Notes: a model not told the origin generated them from the letters alone. Shown: positions 24,633 through 36,933, numbered from the stretch's first letter. The stretch: DNA of 64,000 nucleotides from Dipteris shenzhenensis (GCA_047967505.1 CM106538.1); one strand, 5' to 3'. Numbers and translations: made by a program.

Positions 24633-24989
24633 AGGTACTAGTCGGGAATTTCGGGCATGGCTTAGATTGGCAACTTGGGGAATTCAAAGCATCCCCTCTA
24701 TGGCGATCTAGTCTACTCTGATCTAGATCTAAACCAACCGTCGATCGATGAAAGAATAGCAAATAATTTCTTTTCTTTTGTTCTTTTTAAGTGCTGGGTC
24801 AGATGCGTCGATGTAGAGGCAAATGTGCGTGAAGGAAGTGGTTTTGTCAGCGAGGCTCAAATGTGAGTGTAACTTGTGCCAAAATGTGCGCGTCATGTAA
24901 CGAGTGCATAGAGTACCCTCAAATTCTTCCTGGATCAAGAGATATGACTTGATCTAGCTGGAGGGGCAAAAGGAGTGCAAATGGTTCTC

Positions 24990-25475
24990 AATGATGATGT
25001 GTCAGTCACATGCAGTGATGATGTGGCACTGTGCCTAGCAAGAGGTGTGCTAGTGAAGCCCTGTGCTGAGGTGGTAGGAGTGGTCACATGAATTGCCTGT
25101 GGAGCACTGTGTGTGCCTGGCAGGAGTCAATGCTGACTGGATTGTTGAGGTGGCACTACTGATGTGGCACTGATGACATGGCTTGGATGATATGTCACTG
25201 ATGATGTGGTTGATGACATGTCAATGGTGATGTGGCAGATGATGTGGCAATGATGACATGGTAGTGGTGATGTGGATATGCTGATGTGGCTGTCGATGAT
25301 GACATGGCAGTCGATGGTGATGTGGCCTACCTATGTGGCACTAATGACATGGCTGCCACTATGGCAGATGACGTGGTTGTTAGCTAGATGATGTGGCATA
25401 ATGACAGAGGAGATGATGTGGTAGGCGGGCTGCCAGGTGCTGACGTGGCACAATAAGATAAGGTTGCCACGTGCC
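24990..25475. promoter_or_regulatory. Array of TGAYRTGGCA motifs (decayed bZIP G/C-box-like) in the family B leader
   Basis: More than 20 gatgtgg/gacatgg units; intact TGACGTGG at 25369 and 25441, GCCACGTG at 25466. Confidence 0.6.
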
Positions 25476-27599
25476 GCTTGGAGCTTCACAAAATCTTTTG
25501 AAGATTTCGATAGAATCTATGAAGATTTTGTCTTCGTGTCCGTCGAGGCCGTCGTTGGAGTTGCTTCAAAGGTGCTAGCTGTTGATCAGGTGCCAAGAGC
25601 CTGAAGGCTTTGGAGGTCGCACATTCGGTGGAGGAGTCCCAGGCTTACCTCATACAGGTCTGTAGAGCGGTGCGTTGGAGTTCCGTTGTCTCCAGTTCCA
25701 GCCTTAGCTGAAGGTCGTTGCAGCCTTGCAGCCTAGTGTGAGCTTGGAGCTCCTTCCCTCGGTTGGAGGAGCCTTCGGTAGGCTGCTTGGAGAGGTGGTC
25801 GGTTGTCGAAGATGGCACAAGATCTTGCTGAAGGAGCTGCCTGTGGGATAGTTGGCTATTGCTACTGCTAATGCTGTTGTAGGGCGTCGATTGGTGCTGA
25901 GGTTGTCATAGGACGAGCATTGCTTTGGAAGGAGCCGAGCGTGCAGGTCGCTGGAGCACTGAAGAGTTGGTGGCGCAGCTATTGGGGAGTTGTGGCGGAG
26001 CTACAGCCCATGGCTGTTGGAGTCGATGGCTCTTGAAGTCTAACGCAACTATGTATTGTATGGAGCAGTGAAGCTTTCAGGAGTCGTTGAAGGCCTTTGG
26101 AAAGCTGGCATCGCGTTAATGGCCCGTGGCTGCTTGTAGGAGATTTCGTCAGCTGCTGATGACTAGAAGCGGCTGTTGAAGGGAGCCTTGGCCACTATGC
26201 ATCTGCTGCAGAGGTGGATATTACTTGGCAAGCACAACTGAGGTGCTGCTGTGGTGCTTCAGAGTCGTCTAGTTGCTTTGTGTATGGAGAAGCCGTGAGC
26301 ATTGGAGCAAGCACACTATGAGTCACGTACGTTTGAAGATGAAGAGACTTGCAAAAAACTGTCTTTCCCGTGGATGACTAGTCGATGGAGCTGGACCTCT
26401 TTTGTTTGCAGCTATGCTAATCTGGGGGCTTAGTTGATGCTGAGTTTGTTGAGCATGGAGCGGCAGAAAGGAGTCAATGCCTTATAAGAGAACTATTGTA
26501 GGAAGCTGTAGAGGTATGCTAAAGCCTTAGCTTTGGAGTGCATATTCCAGAAACCTTTAGTCTCCCTCTCCCTCAAAGCTTACTAAAAACTCAGTCTCTC
26601 CCTATCTTTCTCACAAGCACAATGGATGGAAAATCTCTCTCTCTCTTTTCACAATGGAAGTCTCACAAAATGAATTGAAATCCTCACAAGGAAATCTCAA
26701 GAAATGAACGGAAATCTCTTAAGCAATGGACGGAATTTTCTCTCAACGGAAGTGAAGGGAAGGATCTCACAATCACTCAAGAGAACTCTCAATCTCACAA
26801 TCTCTCTTGCACTCTCAAGAATCGCGATGCCTCAGTGGAAGTCAAGGATGCTCTGATACCGTGACAAAATATGAAGAGGGGAGATGAGGAGAGAGGGCAC
26901 ATCTAGAGAGCACACCACAAATGACTAACTGTACACTAGATTTAGTTGAAAAAATAGAATATATACAAACCCTTTTAGGGTTAGGGTTAGTGGTTCTAAC
27001 CCTTTCCTTTATAGCACTCTATAAGGTTAGTGCTATGCACATATGATCACATGATGGTGCTATGCACACATGATCACATGATGTTGAGTGTGAACTCTCA
27101 ACAGAGGGTTGGGAAATTCCCAACCCTCCATATCGTGTTCATTTGTACACACACACACACACACACACACACAAGTAGAGGGAGAGGGAGAGAGTGGAGG
27201 GAGGGAGGGAGGGAGGGAGAGAGAGAGAGAGAGAGATCAAGTAGAGGGAGAGGGAGAGAGGAGATGGTGGGGGAGGCAGAGAGAGGGGCAAAGGTTAGCA
27301 TGATACTTGAGATTGACGATGATGTACCTTCTGATATTCCAATAGCAGATTCATGATTGTGACAATGATGTCTAGGATGATGATGTGGGTACTCGTTAAT
27401 CCAAATAGGAGACCACCAAAATAAATGATGACTACCAGTCCAATTGCCCAAGAGTACACCATCTATGGAATGTGGAAACTCTTGATGATTTATCGATGAT
27501 GGTAGGGAACCTTAGGGCGACTCTTGTGTGGATGATGATAACCTATTTTGGGACACCCAATACGAGCTCTGCAGCATCTCTTATGAGGCATTCATGGAG

Positions 27600-28000
27600 C
27601 TCAAAGAACCCAAACACTCTGGTTAAAAGGGGCAATTAATGGAGGACATGTCCATATCTTGGTTGACAGTGGGAGCACCCACACTTTCATAAATTCCAAG
27701 TTTGTCCAAGCAATTAGATTACATCTTATAGAGATTGATCATGGCCTGCAAGTACAAGTGGCCTATGGGGAGCACTTTATCAGTAGGTGCCATTGTCAAG
27801 CTACTCAAACTTTATCATATTTGCTTTGGATATGGACATTGTTCTCGGTTATCAATCAGTGAGAGCTCTTGGAGAGATTACTAGGTATTTTAATCACATG
27901 TATATGAGATTCTTCCACAAAAGTAAGGAGATACTTTTGAAGGGCTATGAAGCATCTAAGTTGTTATTGTATTCCAGGTCCTGGAAAGCCCTCTTGTGAA
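27600..28000 (+). pseudogene. Ty3/gypsy aspartic protease remnant
   Basis: ILVDSGSTHTFINSKFV...LQVQVAYG and, after a frameshift, MDIVLGYQ. Confidence 0.75.
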
Positions 28001-28239
28001 GACCATCCCATCTACAAATTGAACTCCACCTATCTGCTATTGGTTCTACAGGAGATGCACTCCTCTTCTATGGCTGGACATATAGGTCTGTTTAAGACAT
28101 ATGAAAGGGTAAAGTAAAGCTTTTTATGGAAGGGGCTATGAAAGGATGTATACAAGTATGCTCAAAGCTATAGACCCTGCTAGTAAAATAGAGAATTATA
28201 CCTCAAGCCAGTCGGGTTTCTTCAGCAAGAGAGTTGCCG

Positions 28240-28242
28240 GAG

Positions 28243-28319
<77 letters not shown>

Positions 28320-28320
28320 C
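28240..28320. repeat. (GA)n microsatellite
   Basis: Seen directly. Confidence 0.95.
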
Positions 28321-28351
28321 TTGGGGGAAGAGAGATAGGGAGAGGGAGAAA

Positions 28352-28420
28352 GTGTACAAAAGAAAGCGATATGGAGGGTTGGGAAATTCCCAACCCTCTA
28401 TATCGCGTTCTTTTGTACAC
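28352..28420. repeat. 69-bp fold-back palindrome, copy e
   Basis: gtgtacaaaagaaagcgatatggagggttgggaa-a-ttcccaaccctctatatcgcgttcttttgtacac. Confidence 0.9.
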
Positions 28421-28811
28421 ACTCTTTTGTACAAAAACACACACACACACACACATTAGACTTTTGAGCTTCATATGACTTTTGGGCTTCATATGATGCC
28501 CAATAATTTCAGCAGTGTAGCATTCATGAAACTCAAGCGTGAAGCTCAAGCCTATCTCCAAGACTTCAACATATAATATACATACATATAGTTACTAGTT
28601 ATAATTTATCTACTATACTACTAATATGTATCCCAAATAATATGAGTCCCCCTTGCTCTAGAATCTTAGGGGCCTGGCATTAGTCTCACAGTCCATGCAT
28701 TAGCTTAAAAAGGGATTGTATGTAGTGTCATCTTCATTTTGAAGCTTAAATTTTTTTCAAAGACTTCGTGGAATTTTGTATGAAGCCTAGAGTTGTGCAG
28801 CAAATTTAAGC

Positions 28812-28852
<41 letters not shown>

Positions 28853-29474
28853 CTATAATTGTTTTGGGGTTTCATGGAATAAACTGTGTTTTGTCTGCCA
28901 GTTTCTCTATCTTTCCCTCTAGCTCTCTCTGTCTGTCTCTCAAATCCCCTTTATCTCTCTCTCTCTATGTGTGTGTGTGCGTCTGTCAATTCACTGTCAG
29001 ATGTATGACTCTCTCAATCTTTGTCTTTCAGTTCTCCGTCCGTCCCTTTGGCTATCTGTGCCTCACTTCTCTGGCTATCAACTCTCCCTCTATCTTTCTT
29101 TGACAGGGAGAGAGGGAGGAGGATCTAGCTACTACTGAGGAAGATAGAGAGAAGGGTGGGGAAGACAGAGAGAGAGTGAGACAGATAGAAAGGGGGCGCG
29201 GAGGGGTCTAGCTATAGAGGTTCACAAAGAGAGAGGAGGGATAGATTGAGACAAAGAAAGAAGGGGGGGGAGGTGGAGCTGGAGACAGAGAGAGGGGGGA
29301 AGTGGAGTTGGACACACACACACACACACACACATAGAGTTTGTGTAAGAGAGAGAAATATATTTTGATTCCTTCTCCATTAGAGAACTGAAAAGTCTTC
29401 GTCAAACTGTAATTTCATTTCTTGTCTAGTACAACTTTAGAAAACACATAAGTCTCTATGGAAGTAAATTTTCA

Positions 29475-29947
29475 TCACTTGACTATTACACCATTAGAGA
29501 GAGCAATTTTCTCCAAAGTGCCTACTATGGCATTGGCTTCATGAAAACAAGAGGACTTTAAATCCGGAGGCCATATATAACCAGGATCGGCATCGCAAAT
29601 CTCCTCACAGACTCTCCTCACAACCTGTTTTGAATCTTCTGCCGACTTGTAAGCATTCAATAACTCCTCTTTTCACTCTTGTCTTTCCTCATCTTCACCG
29701 TTTTGTTCAATACATCTTCTAGCCACCGCCATATCCTATACAAAAATTTAGCTCATTAGCATAAGGAGTACATGATTAAAAGAAGCACCCATGTGTGTAA
29801 GATATTCACCTCTTCAGCGGAGTTCAAATCAAGCAGCCATGTGCATAACATATGCTCTTGGAATGATTTTCCCCTCATGGGTCCATACAAAAGGGATCTA
29901 AGATAGGAGTTGAGTTCAATAAATGAAGTCATGTATTAGGTAGCCAT
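29475..29947 (-). pseudogene. Putative two-exon 132-codon gene remnant of unknown product
   Basis: ATG in AACAATGGC context. Exon 29947-29810, 74-nt GT...AG intron 29809-29736, exon 29735-29475 in frame. Two premature stops. Confidence 0.5.
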
Positions 29948-30212
29948 TGTTTTGGAAGGAAAGTGAAAGAAAGAAAGTGAGGGAGTGATAGTGAGAGATG
30001 CATAGTGATTCCACTCGTCCTTCAAGAATGATAGAAAGTGAGGAAAGAGACAATGAAGTAAGGTGAGAGAAGCACCCTTTTCGAGGTAGTGTTGTCCTTT
30101 TTGGTCAATTATTAATTTCACTTTTGTATTCTTTATGTTGTGGATCATTTTCTTTCAACTTTATCACTCGTTTTTTCCAAGATATACCTCCCAATTTTTT
30201 ATGTAGAGAAAT

Positions 30213-30262
30213 TGAGAGAGAGGGAGAGAGAGAGAGAGCGAGAGCGATAGCAAGAGAGAGAG

Positions 30263-30337
<75 letters not shown>

Positions 30338-30410
30338 AAGTGTAGAAAACCGGTTCGTGAAGCAGAGAGAAAGAGGTCTAGTGAGAGCCATAGAGAGAGA
30401 GAAAGAGGAA
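30213..30410. repeat. (GA)n microsatellite region
   Basis: Seen directly. Confidence 0.95.
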
Positions 30411-30674
30411 GAAGAGGACTCAAGCTCATCTAGTCCAATCCATTTCGCTCGAGTGTGATCAAGTTTGGCATACTATAGAAGGTTCTGCAGGTGCCTTCTC
30501 TCTTTCTCTCTAAGAGTGTTACTGCTATCCCTGGTTGCCGTGCAAGGGGGAGGGGCTTGGGCTCAAGCCTCTCATACAATCATGGCCTCTAGCATCTCCA
30601 AGAGAATAATCTTTGGTAGGGATTTCGGGCTCTCTAGTTTTCAAAGTAAATTGAATATATTTATGTGCTTATAA

Positions 30675-31250
30675 ATTTAAATTTATGTGCTTTTAGTATA
30701 TTAAAAGGCTATATTTTCTGTAAAAGCAACCCATATATACGGGTTTCTTAAAAATAATTTTTAAACATATTTGACAAGTTTTGCTATAGTACAAGTGAAT
30801 CCCCAAGACTATCATGCATATCATTTTACCATTGGATGATGTCCTTCGCATCCATCCCCTTGTAGTGGTGTATATTAATGTGCCCCACATTAAAAGCAAT
30901 GTACATACGATAGCTTATTCATCAAAGCTCCCACACATTATTGATGTGGTCTTGACTTTGAATCCCTCTTCTGTGTGCTCCCTCTTGTGCACTCATATAT
31001 TTTGGTCATCGATTTTAGACCCAAACATTGTTTGCACCCTCCCCTTGGTTAATTGGCCCAAGTAGCTAAAATGAGAAGTAGCATAAAATATGTGTGGATA
31101 TGTAAGACAAATAAGAAATGGTTGGATATGCATATGTGCATGTACATCACGATTTTTAGGGAATTCACAAAGCAAATTGGAAAACTTGCTAGGAGGGAAT
31201 ACCTCTCCAAAGGTAGGGATTTCAATCTCATTTTGGTCCCAAAATTATTT
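30675..31250. repeat. Dispersed ~570-bp repeat, diverged direct copy of 36025-36590
   Basis: Colinear shared blocks: tatattaaaaggctata, ccccttgtagtg, cttggttaattggcccaag, catgtacatcacgattt. Confidence 0.8.
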
Positions 31251-31439
31251 ACTTATTTCATGAACTAAAGCATTATCGAGGTATCAGTCAAACACAACAC
31301 TTCTTAAGTGAATTTTGGTCACAAGGTCATGTACAACATATTCCCAAACTATCAATCACACAAACACCTTCTAATGGTCATAGGGTCATCTTCCCAAATC
31401 ATCAGTCACACAAACACTTTCTAATGATCACATTTTAAA

Positions 31440-32560
31440 TCTTGATGGTAACAATACTAAAAGAGATGCAAATTTAGGATGTATAAAACTTTTTACAAAA
31501 CTTCATAATGGTACCTCATCAAGATGGAATAGTTTCCAAATACAAAGTAAGGTCAATTTCCAAAGGACAATCCCAAAAATATGCCATAAATTATGTAGAA
31601 ACCTTTGTAACAATTGCCAAGATGACAACTATCAAAGTTATTATTGTCATTGCTTTTCATCTTTATTGGTCCACCCATTATATGGATGGCCAATCCTTGC
31701 TTCTCATTTGGATTGGCCCATCCATTAGATGGATGTGAAAGTTGCATTCTTGATTGGTTCTTATGATGAAGAAATCTACATGACACAACACATTAAGGCA
31801 AGGGAAAATAAAATTTACAAATTTAACCAATCTTTATATGGATGCACCATGGGCATGGAATCACATGAACCATTATAATTTTCTTATAATGAGCTTTAAC
31901 TCTTTAGATTATGATCTATCACTTTACATTAAGAAAAAAAACACATTACATGGTCCTTATTGTGCCATGTCTTGTTGACTTGATTACCATCGAGTCAAAT
32001 GCATATCCACTATTTTCTGGACATAGAAGAAACACTATGTTCCTGATTGCAATCCTATTTTAACTTCGATGGAGCACAATACAATCCTATAATCCTATGA
32101 TAGATATCATACAAATCCTATTCTATATAGATGGCTCATTCATAGCTTGATCTAAGATTTCCTTCTTGGTTTATTTTCTCATGCAAAATCCGGGCAAAAC
32201 CCCAAGAAGAATAATTTTCATGTAGTTAGAAGAGTTTTCAAATACCTCAAAGGTAAATGAATTATGGTATTAAATATTATAAATGATTAGATTTCAGCTT
32301 TTATGAATATAGCAATGATGATTGGGAAGCTAGTCTAGAAGGAAAAAGATGCACAAGTGGAAATTTCCCTAGTCTTGCATTGTGATGCAAAGCAAGAAAC
32401 AACCATAGATGGCTTTAACATCTACAAATGGAAGAATCAACAAATGTTGCATGTGAAACACTATAGCTTGGAAAACTTTTAATATAGATTTTCAAAATCC
32501 CTTAGGATATCTAGTACCACTTTATTCAAATAATAGGAACCATATTCAACTACTGAAGAG
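31440..32560 (+). pseudogene. Highly degenerate copia RT/RNase H
   Basis: KYKVRSISKG, INYVETF, AKMTTIKV, MDVKVAFL, VKRVFKYLKG, KKQP. Confidence 0.8.
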
Positions 32561-32808
32561 CATTCACTGTATAGAAAACTAGACTATCACGTGCATTCAG
32601 GGGTATACTAGAATCCCTTATTTGTGAATTTTGATTAAATAAAATGGCCCATATTTCTATACAGACTTACTCCCCCAAAAAAAACCATTAAAAACCCAGT
32701 TATGTAATTATATTTCTTTAAATTTACATCCAAAAAGTGAGTTTAATAATACTTGTTGCTGAACTCATGTGATAGTCACATATTTTGAGTGAGATCCTTG
32801 AGGTAAAG

Positions 32809-35046
32809 TGTTGGAATACTGAAAGGAAAGAGTAGAGTGGACACAAAATCAGAATACTTGCTTATAGAATGAAGAAAAGAGAGGTCCTTAAGTAGGCACC
32901 TCATACAAGGTCACTGACATCACTGATGACCTCAAAGCTCCACAATCATCTCCTCAATCTGCTCCTAGATTCACTCAATCATCCTATGTGGCTTTTCCAC
33001 CACCTAACTGTGCTTGTGGGCACCTAACTGTGCCTCTAGCACTCACACATAGAAACATAAGGTGTGCCTGAGGCATACACCTTGAGATATCCCAACAAAC
33101 CCCCCCTCAAGGAAATGCCTCAGGCTATGTCAAGGATACATCTAGTCTCATAGTTTCTCATGCCATCTCATGGTGGTCAAGGATAAATCTATGGCTAGGT
33201 TCTCATGCTAGCAAGGGTTTCCTTGGGTGTAAGGTAAACAGAAAGGGATACAAACAGACCTTCCAATGGTTATCTCCCCTGCATGTACATGCACACAATG
33301 TCTGCAGGAGGTACCATGGAGCAAAACATACACATGGCCTACATCATAAGGTGACCAGAGGTGTTTACAAAACACACAAAACACAATAGTTTATTTGCAT
33401 TCATTTTGGAGGACTATCCAGGCTGAGTACCTTGACATAAAAAGAGAGATCTGGAGCATACATAGAGATGATTTAAAATGCATAATCTTCATGGGATGCC
33501 TCATCTTGTGGAGGCAAAATATCCATGTCAAGGCAAGGTCTTACCACATGGGCAGTGTCTAGTGCCTTATAAGATGCCTTATAAGATGGTACTATGATAG
33601 AACAAGTGGATTTGAAAGTCATATCCTTCAAGAGAACAATTATCTTGTCATCTCCATAGTTGTGTAGAGAAGCATATCTTAGGTATCTGAGCTTCATCTT
33701 TTTCTTGTACTTGGAGTCAAATAAAAGTACCATGAGAGGGTAGATCTCTGTACTTGCTTCCTTTTTGGCAACCATTGTTTTGGCAATCTTCAACAAGGAA
33801 GTCAGGTTGGCATTTTCATCCTTTGTAGCATAACAAGACATTGCTTTATGTTTTGGCTTTTCACATATTTTGCATAAGCAAGCCATGAGAGGCTCTAACC
33901 CAAGTATTGGGTAGTGTCTTCTCTCTTACAGGGCTTAGAATAACAACTGAAATGCTTCAAAATATAAGCATTTAATGTAGCAAATAGTAGTGACTAGATT
34001 TCAAACAATGATGCTTCCTTTTACATGCTTCATAGAAGTGGATGAAATAAACACTTTCCAATCACAACCAGGTCTAGCAAATCAAAGCAAAACTGAAGCC
34101 ACACTTGTATTGATGCTATTGAAAACTTCAAAAGCTCAGAAATGCTAGAGTAGCATTTTATGTAGCATCATCTTCAAAACTTGTCCAAAACTGTTAAAAC
34201 TGAAAAGCTGAACTTGGAGGGCTTGTAGCTCACTCTTCAAAGCAAGGAAAAGAGGGCTTTCTGAAGCAAAAGAAAGCTCATATACCAGAGAAGGTCCAGC
34301 ACAGAGGTTGGACGAAATGGTGCGCACTTTTGCCCGGGAGAGTTGCTACAGTCTGAAACTGAGTTTTGACGATTTCTCCCTCGTTACTAAACCAAATGAC
34401 CTGAAAAATGGCTCAAAATCTTTGTCTTGAGGTCGCCCATCTACTCTTCAGAGGGCTCAAGCAATGGTGGAGTAGGCAGGGAGTATTGAGCAATAGAAGA
34501 AATTCGCTTTTTGGAGAATGGCAGCCACCACAGACGTTTTTTCTTCAATTGCTTGCAGGTGGAAGTTCGCCCATACTAGAGGAGTTTCCAGCTCAGAGGG
34601 TTTGGGCAATGGCTGTTTGTAGATGGAGAACCAAGCTCTCAAAGATTTTGGGAAGAAAGAGGAAAATGGAGAAGAAGAAGATGAAGAAGAAGATGATGAT
34701 GTGGCAGAAATGGGCTCAAGGGGGATCAAAGGGCTCTGATACCATGTTGGAATACTGAAAAGAAAGAGTAGAGTGGACACAAACTCGGAATACTTGCATT
34801 ACTTGCTTGCTTGTAGAATGAAGAAAAGAGAGGTCCTTAAGTAGGCACCTCATACAAGGTCACTGACATCACTGATGACCTCAAAGCTCCACAATCATCT
34901 CCTCAATCTACTCCTAGATTCACTCAATCATCCTATGTGGCTTTTCCACCACCTAACTGTGCTTGTGGGCACCTAACTGTGCCTCTAGCACTCACACATA
35001 GAAACATAAGGTGTGCCTGAGGCATACACCTTGAGATATCCCAACA
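32809..35046 (-). mobile_element. Complete 2238-bp non-autonomous LTR retrotransposon (TRIM/TR-GAG-like)
   Basis: LTRs 32809-33097 and 34745-35046 (~5 substitutions and one 13-bp indel). TSD TAAAG. PBS 34733-34744. PPT 33098-33112. No pol. Confidence 0.96.
33473..33886 (-). CDS. 137-aa ORF with an N-terminal CX2CX4HX4C zinc knuckle (gag-derived)
   Basis: MACLCKICEKPKHKAMSC...HEDYAF. Start context ctctcATGGCT and the C-terminus are shared with gag 7091-7915. Confidence 0.55.
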   Translation of the reverse strand: MACLCKICEKPKHKAMSCYATKDENANLTSLLKIAKTMVAKKEASTEIYPLMVLLFDSKYKKKMKLRYLRYASLHNYGDDKIIVLLKDMTFKSTCSIIVPSYKASYKALDTAHVVRPCLDMDILPPQDEASHEDYAF

Positions 35047-35480
35047 TAAAGAGCAATAGGAACAATATTTAATTAGCAAAGAACCCAATGTATTTCATGC
35101 CAAAACAAAGTGCATTTAGGTGCATTACCATTTTATTAGAGAAAATCTATAAATGGTGAGATAGATCTTGTCCATGCTTTGACTCAAGGCAAGTTGAAAA
35201 TATTCAAACAAGGACCATATTCAACTAGATAGAGCAATAGGAACAATGTTCAACCAATAAAGAACCCAATGTTTCATGCCAAGACAAAGCACATTGAGGT
35301 GCATTATCATTCTATTAGAGAAAAAACTCTCAATGGTGAGATAGATCTTGTCCATTTTTTGACTCAAGGTAAGCTGAAAATATTTACATCAAACCAATTT
35401 CCTTTGATAAATTCAATTCCCTTACTACGTTGTCGCATTGCCAAAATTAGCTACTATAACTTAAGAGAAGGAGAGGATTG
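35047..35480 (+). pseudogene. Copia RNase H C-terminus, tandemly duplicated (period ~181 bp)
   Basis: KNPMFHAKTKHIEVHYHSIREK; gagcaataggaacaat at 35051 and 35232; purine tract near 35465. Confidence 0.85.
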
Positions 35481-36024
35481 ATGAATTACATACATTCTTC
35501 CCTTGCATAATCACTTTGCTCATGCACATAGTAATGCATAATCATTTTTCCTAGCTTGTGTTGTATATTATCTAATGAAGGTGCCCAATCAATGATGCTT
35601 ATGGATTATATGCACCATCCTCATGTCTTGCTCAAAGGGGATCAAAGAGGAAAATTGCATGATGTGTATCCTTTGTACTTCAAAGATTAGGTGAATTAAG
35701 ATATACAAATTAAGACTTTAAATACAACTTTGTTGCAATTGATACAGTTTGTACATGATGGTCTATGTCCCATATATCAACAAAAGTAAAAAATGCTATA
35801 GGAAGGACAATTAATTAATGCGGGGTAGATTGATGAGGATGAATAGGAAAGGGGGGAGGTTTAATTAACCTAAGGGGGGGAGGATGAGGAATGAGGAGGC
35901 CTTTCTCCAATGATGTTACATTAAGGTCCCATAAGATTTAATCCCAATGAAATGCATGTAAGGAAATTGGATTTTTTGGATAGTCATGTAATTTATACAA
36001 GTGGGGTTCTTTATATTTCTAAGT

Positions 36025-36590
36025 AAATTTATGTATGAAAATATATTAAAAGGCTATAATTTCTATAGGATAAGACCATGTACAAGGGTTTTTAAAATAT
36101 ATTCTAATATGCACGTAACATAGTTTGCTATAGCACTAGTGGATCAGAAGTCTATGGTGCACAACATTGCACCATCAGATGAGGATATTTGGACCCGCCC
36201 CCTTGTAGTGATGCATATTAATTCACCCCAACTTACTTTATCTTAGTGATTGAAGCTCCCACACATGATTTAGGTGGTCTTGAGGTTGAATCTCTCTTCT
36301 ATATGCTCTCTTCCTTGTGCTCATATATGTTGGCCATGGACCCGAACATGGGCTGTACTCGTGTCTTGGTTAATTGGCCCAAGCAACTAGAAGCGGATAG
36401 ATTAACCACATCAAATATTCTGAGGATATGTAAGATAAATGGGAAATGTGGTAGGATTTAAGTGATTGCCATGTACATCACGATTTATGCAATTTCGATC
36501 CCTAGGATCGAACTTTTGCCCAAATGAGCCAAATTTTTGTTGGGGTAAAGTGCAGTGTGCCCACCCACTTGTACAGTGCCCATGTATACT
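36025..36590. repeat. Second copy of the dispersed repeat at 30675-31250
   Basis: Same colinear shared blocks. Confidence 0.8.
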
Positions 36591-36933
36591 CATATATATA
36601 TGATAGAGGAATAAGCTAGAGTAGCTTTTTGCTCCACCACTTTTGGTGTCTCCTTATCCCTTTGTGTGTGCTCTCCTCTCCCACAACTGGTATTAGAGCC
36701 AGTCGTGGTGTTCGATCTGCGCAGAGCTTCAGGAGGGCTTGTGGTGTGTGCGGATCGAGCATTGAAGGAGCTTTGGATTGATGTCTCTCGTGGAGAAGAC
36801 GGGGCAGCCATAGCTATGCTGATCTGCTGATCTGAGCTCCAGGAGCTCGAGGAGAAGAGCCTGAGGAGAGAGTTCAGTGGAGCTTCAAGGATTTTGGCAG
36901 CTCAAGTTGGCGTGCAATCCACTACACTGTAAT

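Larger units (their letters stand above)
22048..27103 (-). mobile_element. Ty1/copia family B element with a long 5' leader; deleted from the integrase core into the 3' LTR; inserted in palindrome copy d
   Basis: 5' LTR 26862-27103; partial 3' LTR 22048-~22158; TSD GAGGG; PBS 26850-26861. Gag 24183-~23030 (KLENSNYGTWKYRM, CNYCYKFGHYERDC), protease WYIDSGAS ~22960, integrase IHTDVWG...RSDRGGEY. Confidence 0.93.

Noticed and set aside
20820-28420. Palindromic repeats as a CRISPR array
   Set aside because: Eukaryotic TE context, irregular spacing, microsatellite spacers and no cas genes.
30675-36590. Direct repeats as the LTR pair of the enclosed degenerate copia
   Set aside because: No TG...CA ends, PBS or TSD, and the copia purine tract at ~35465 is ~550 bp before the second repeat.
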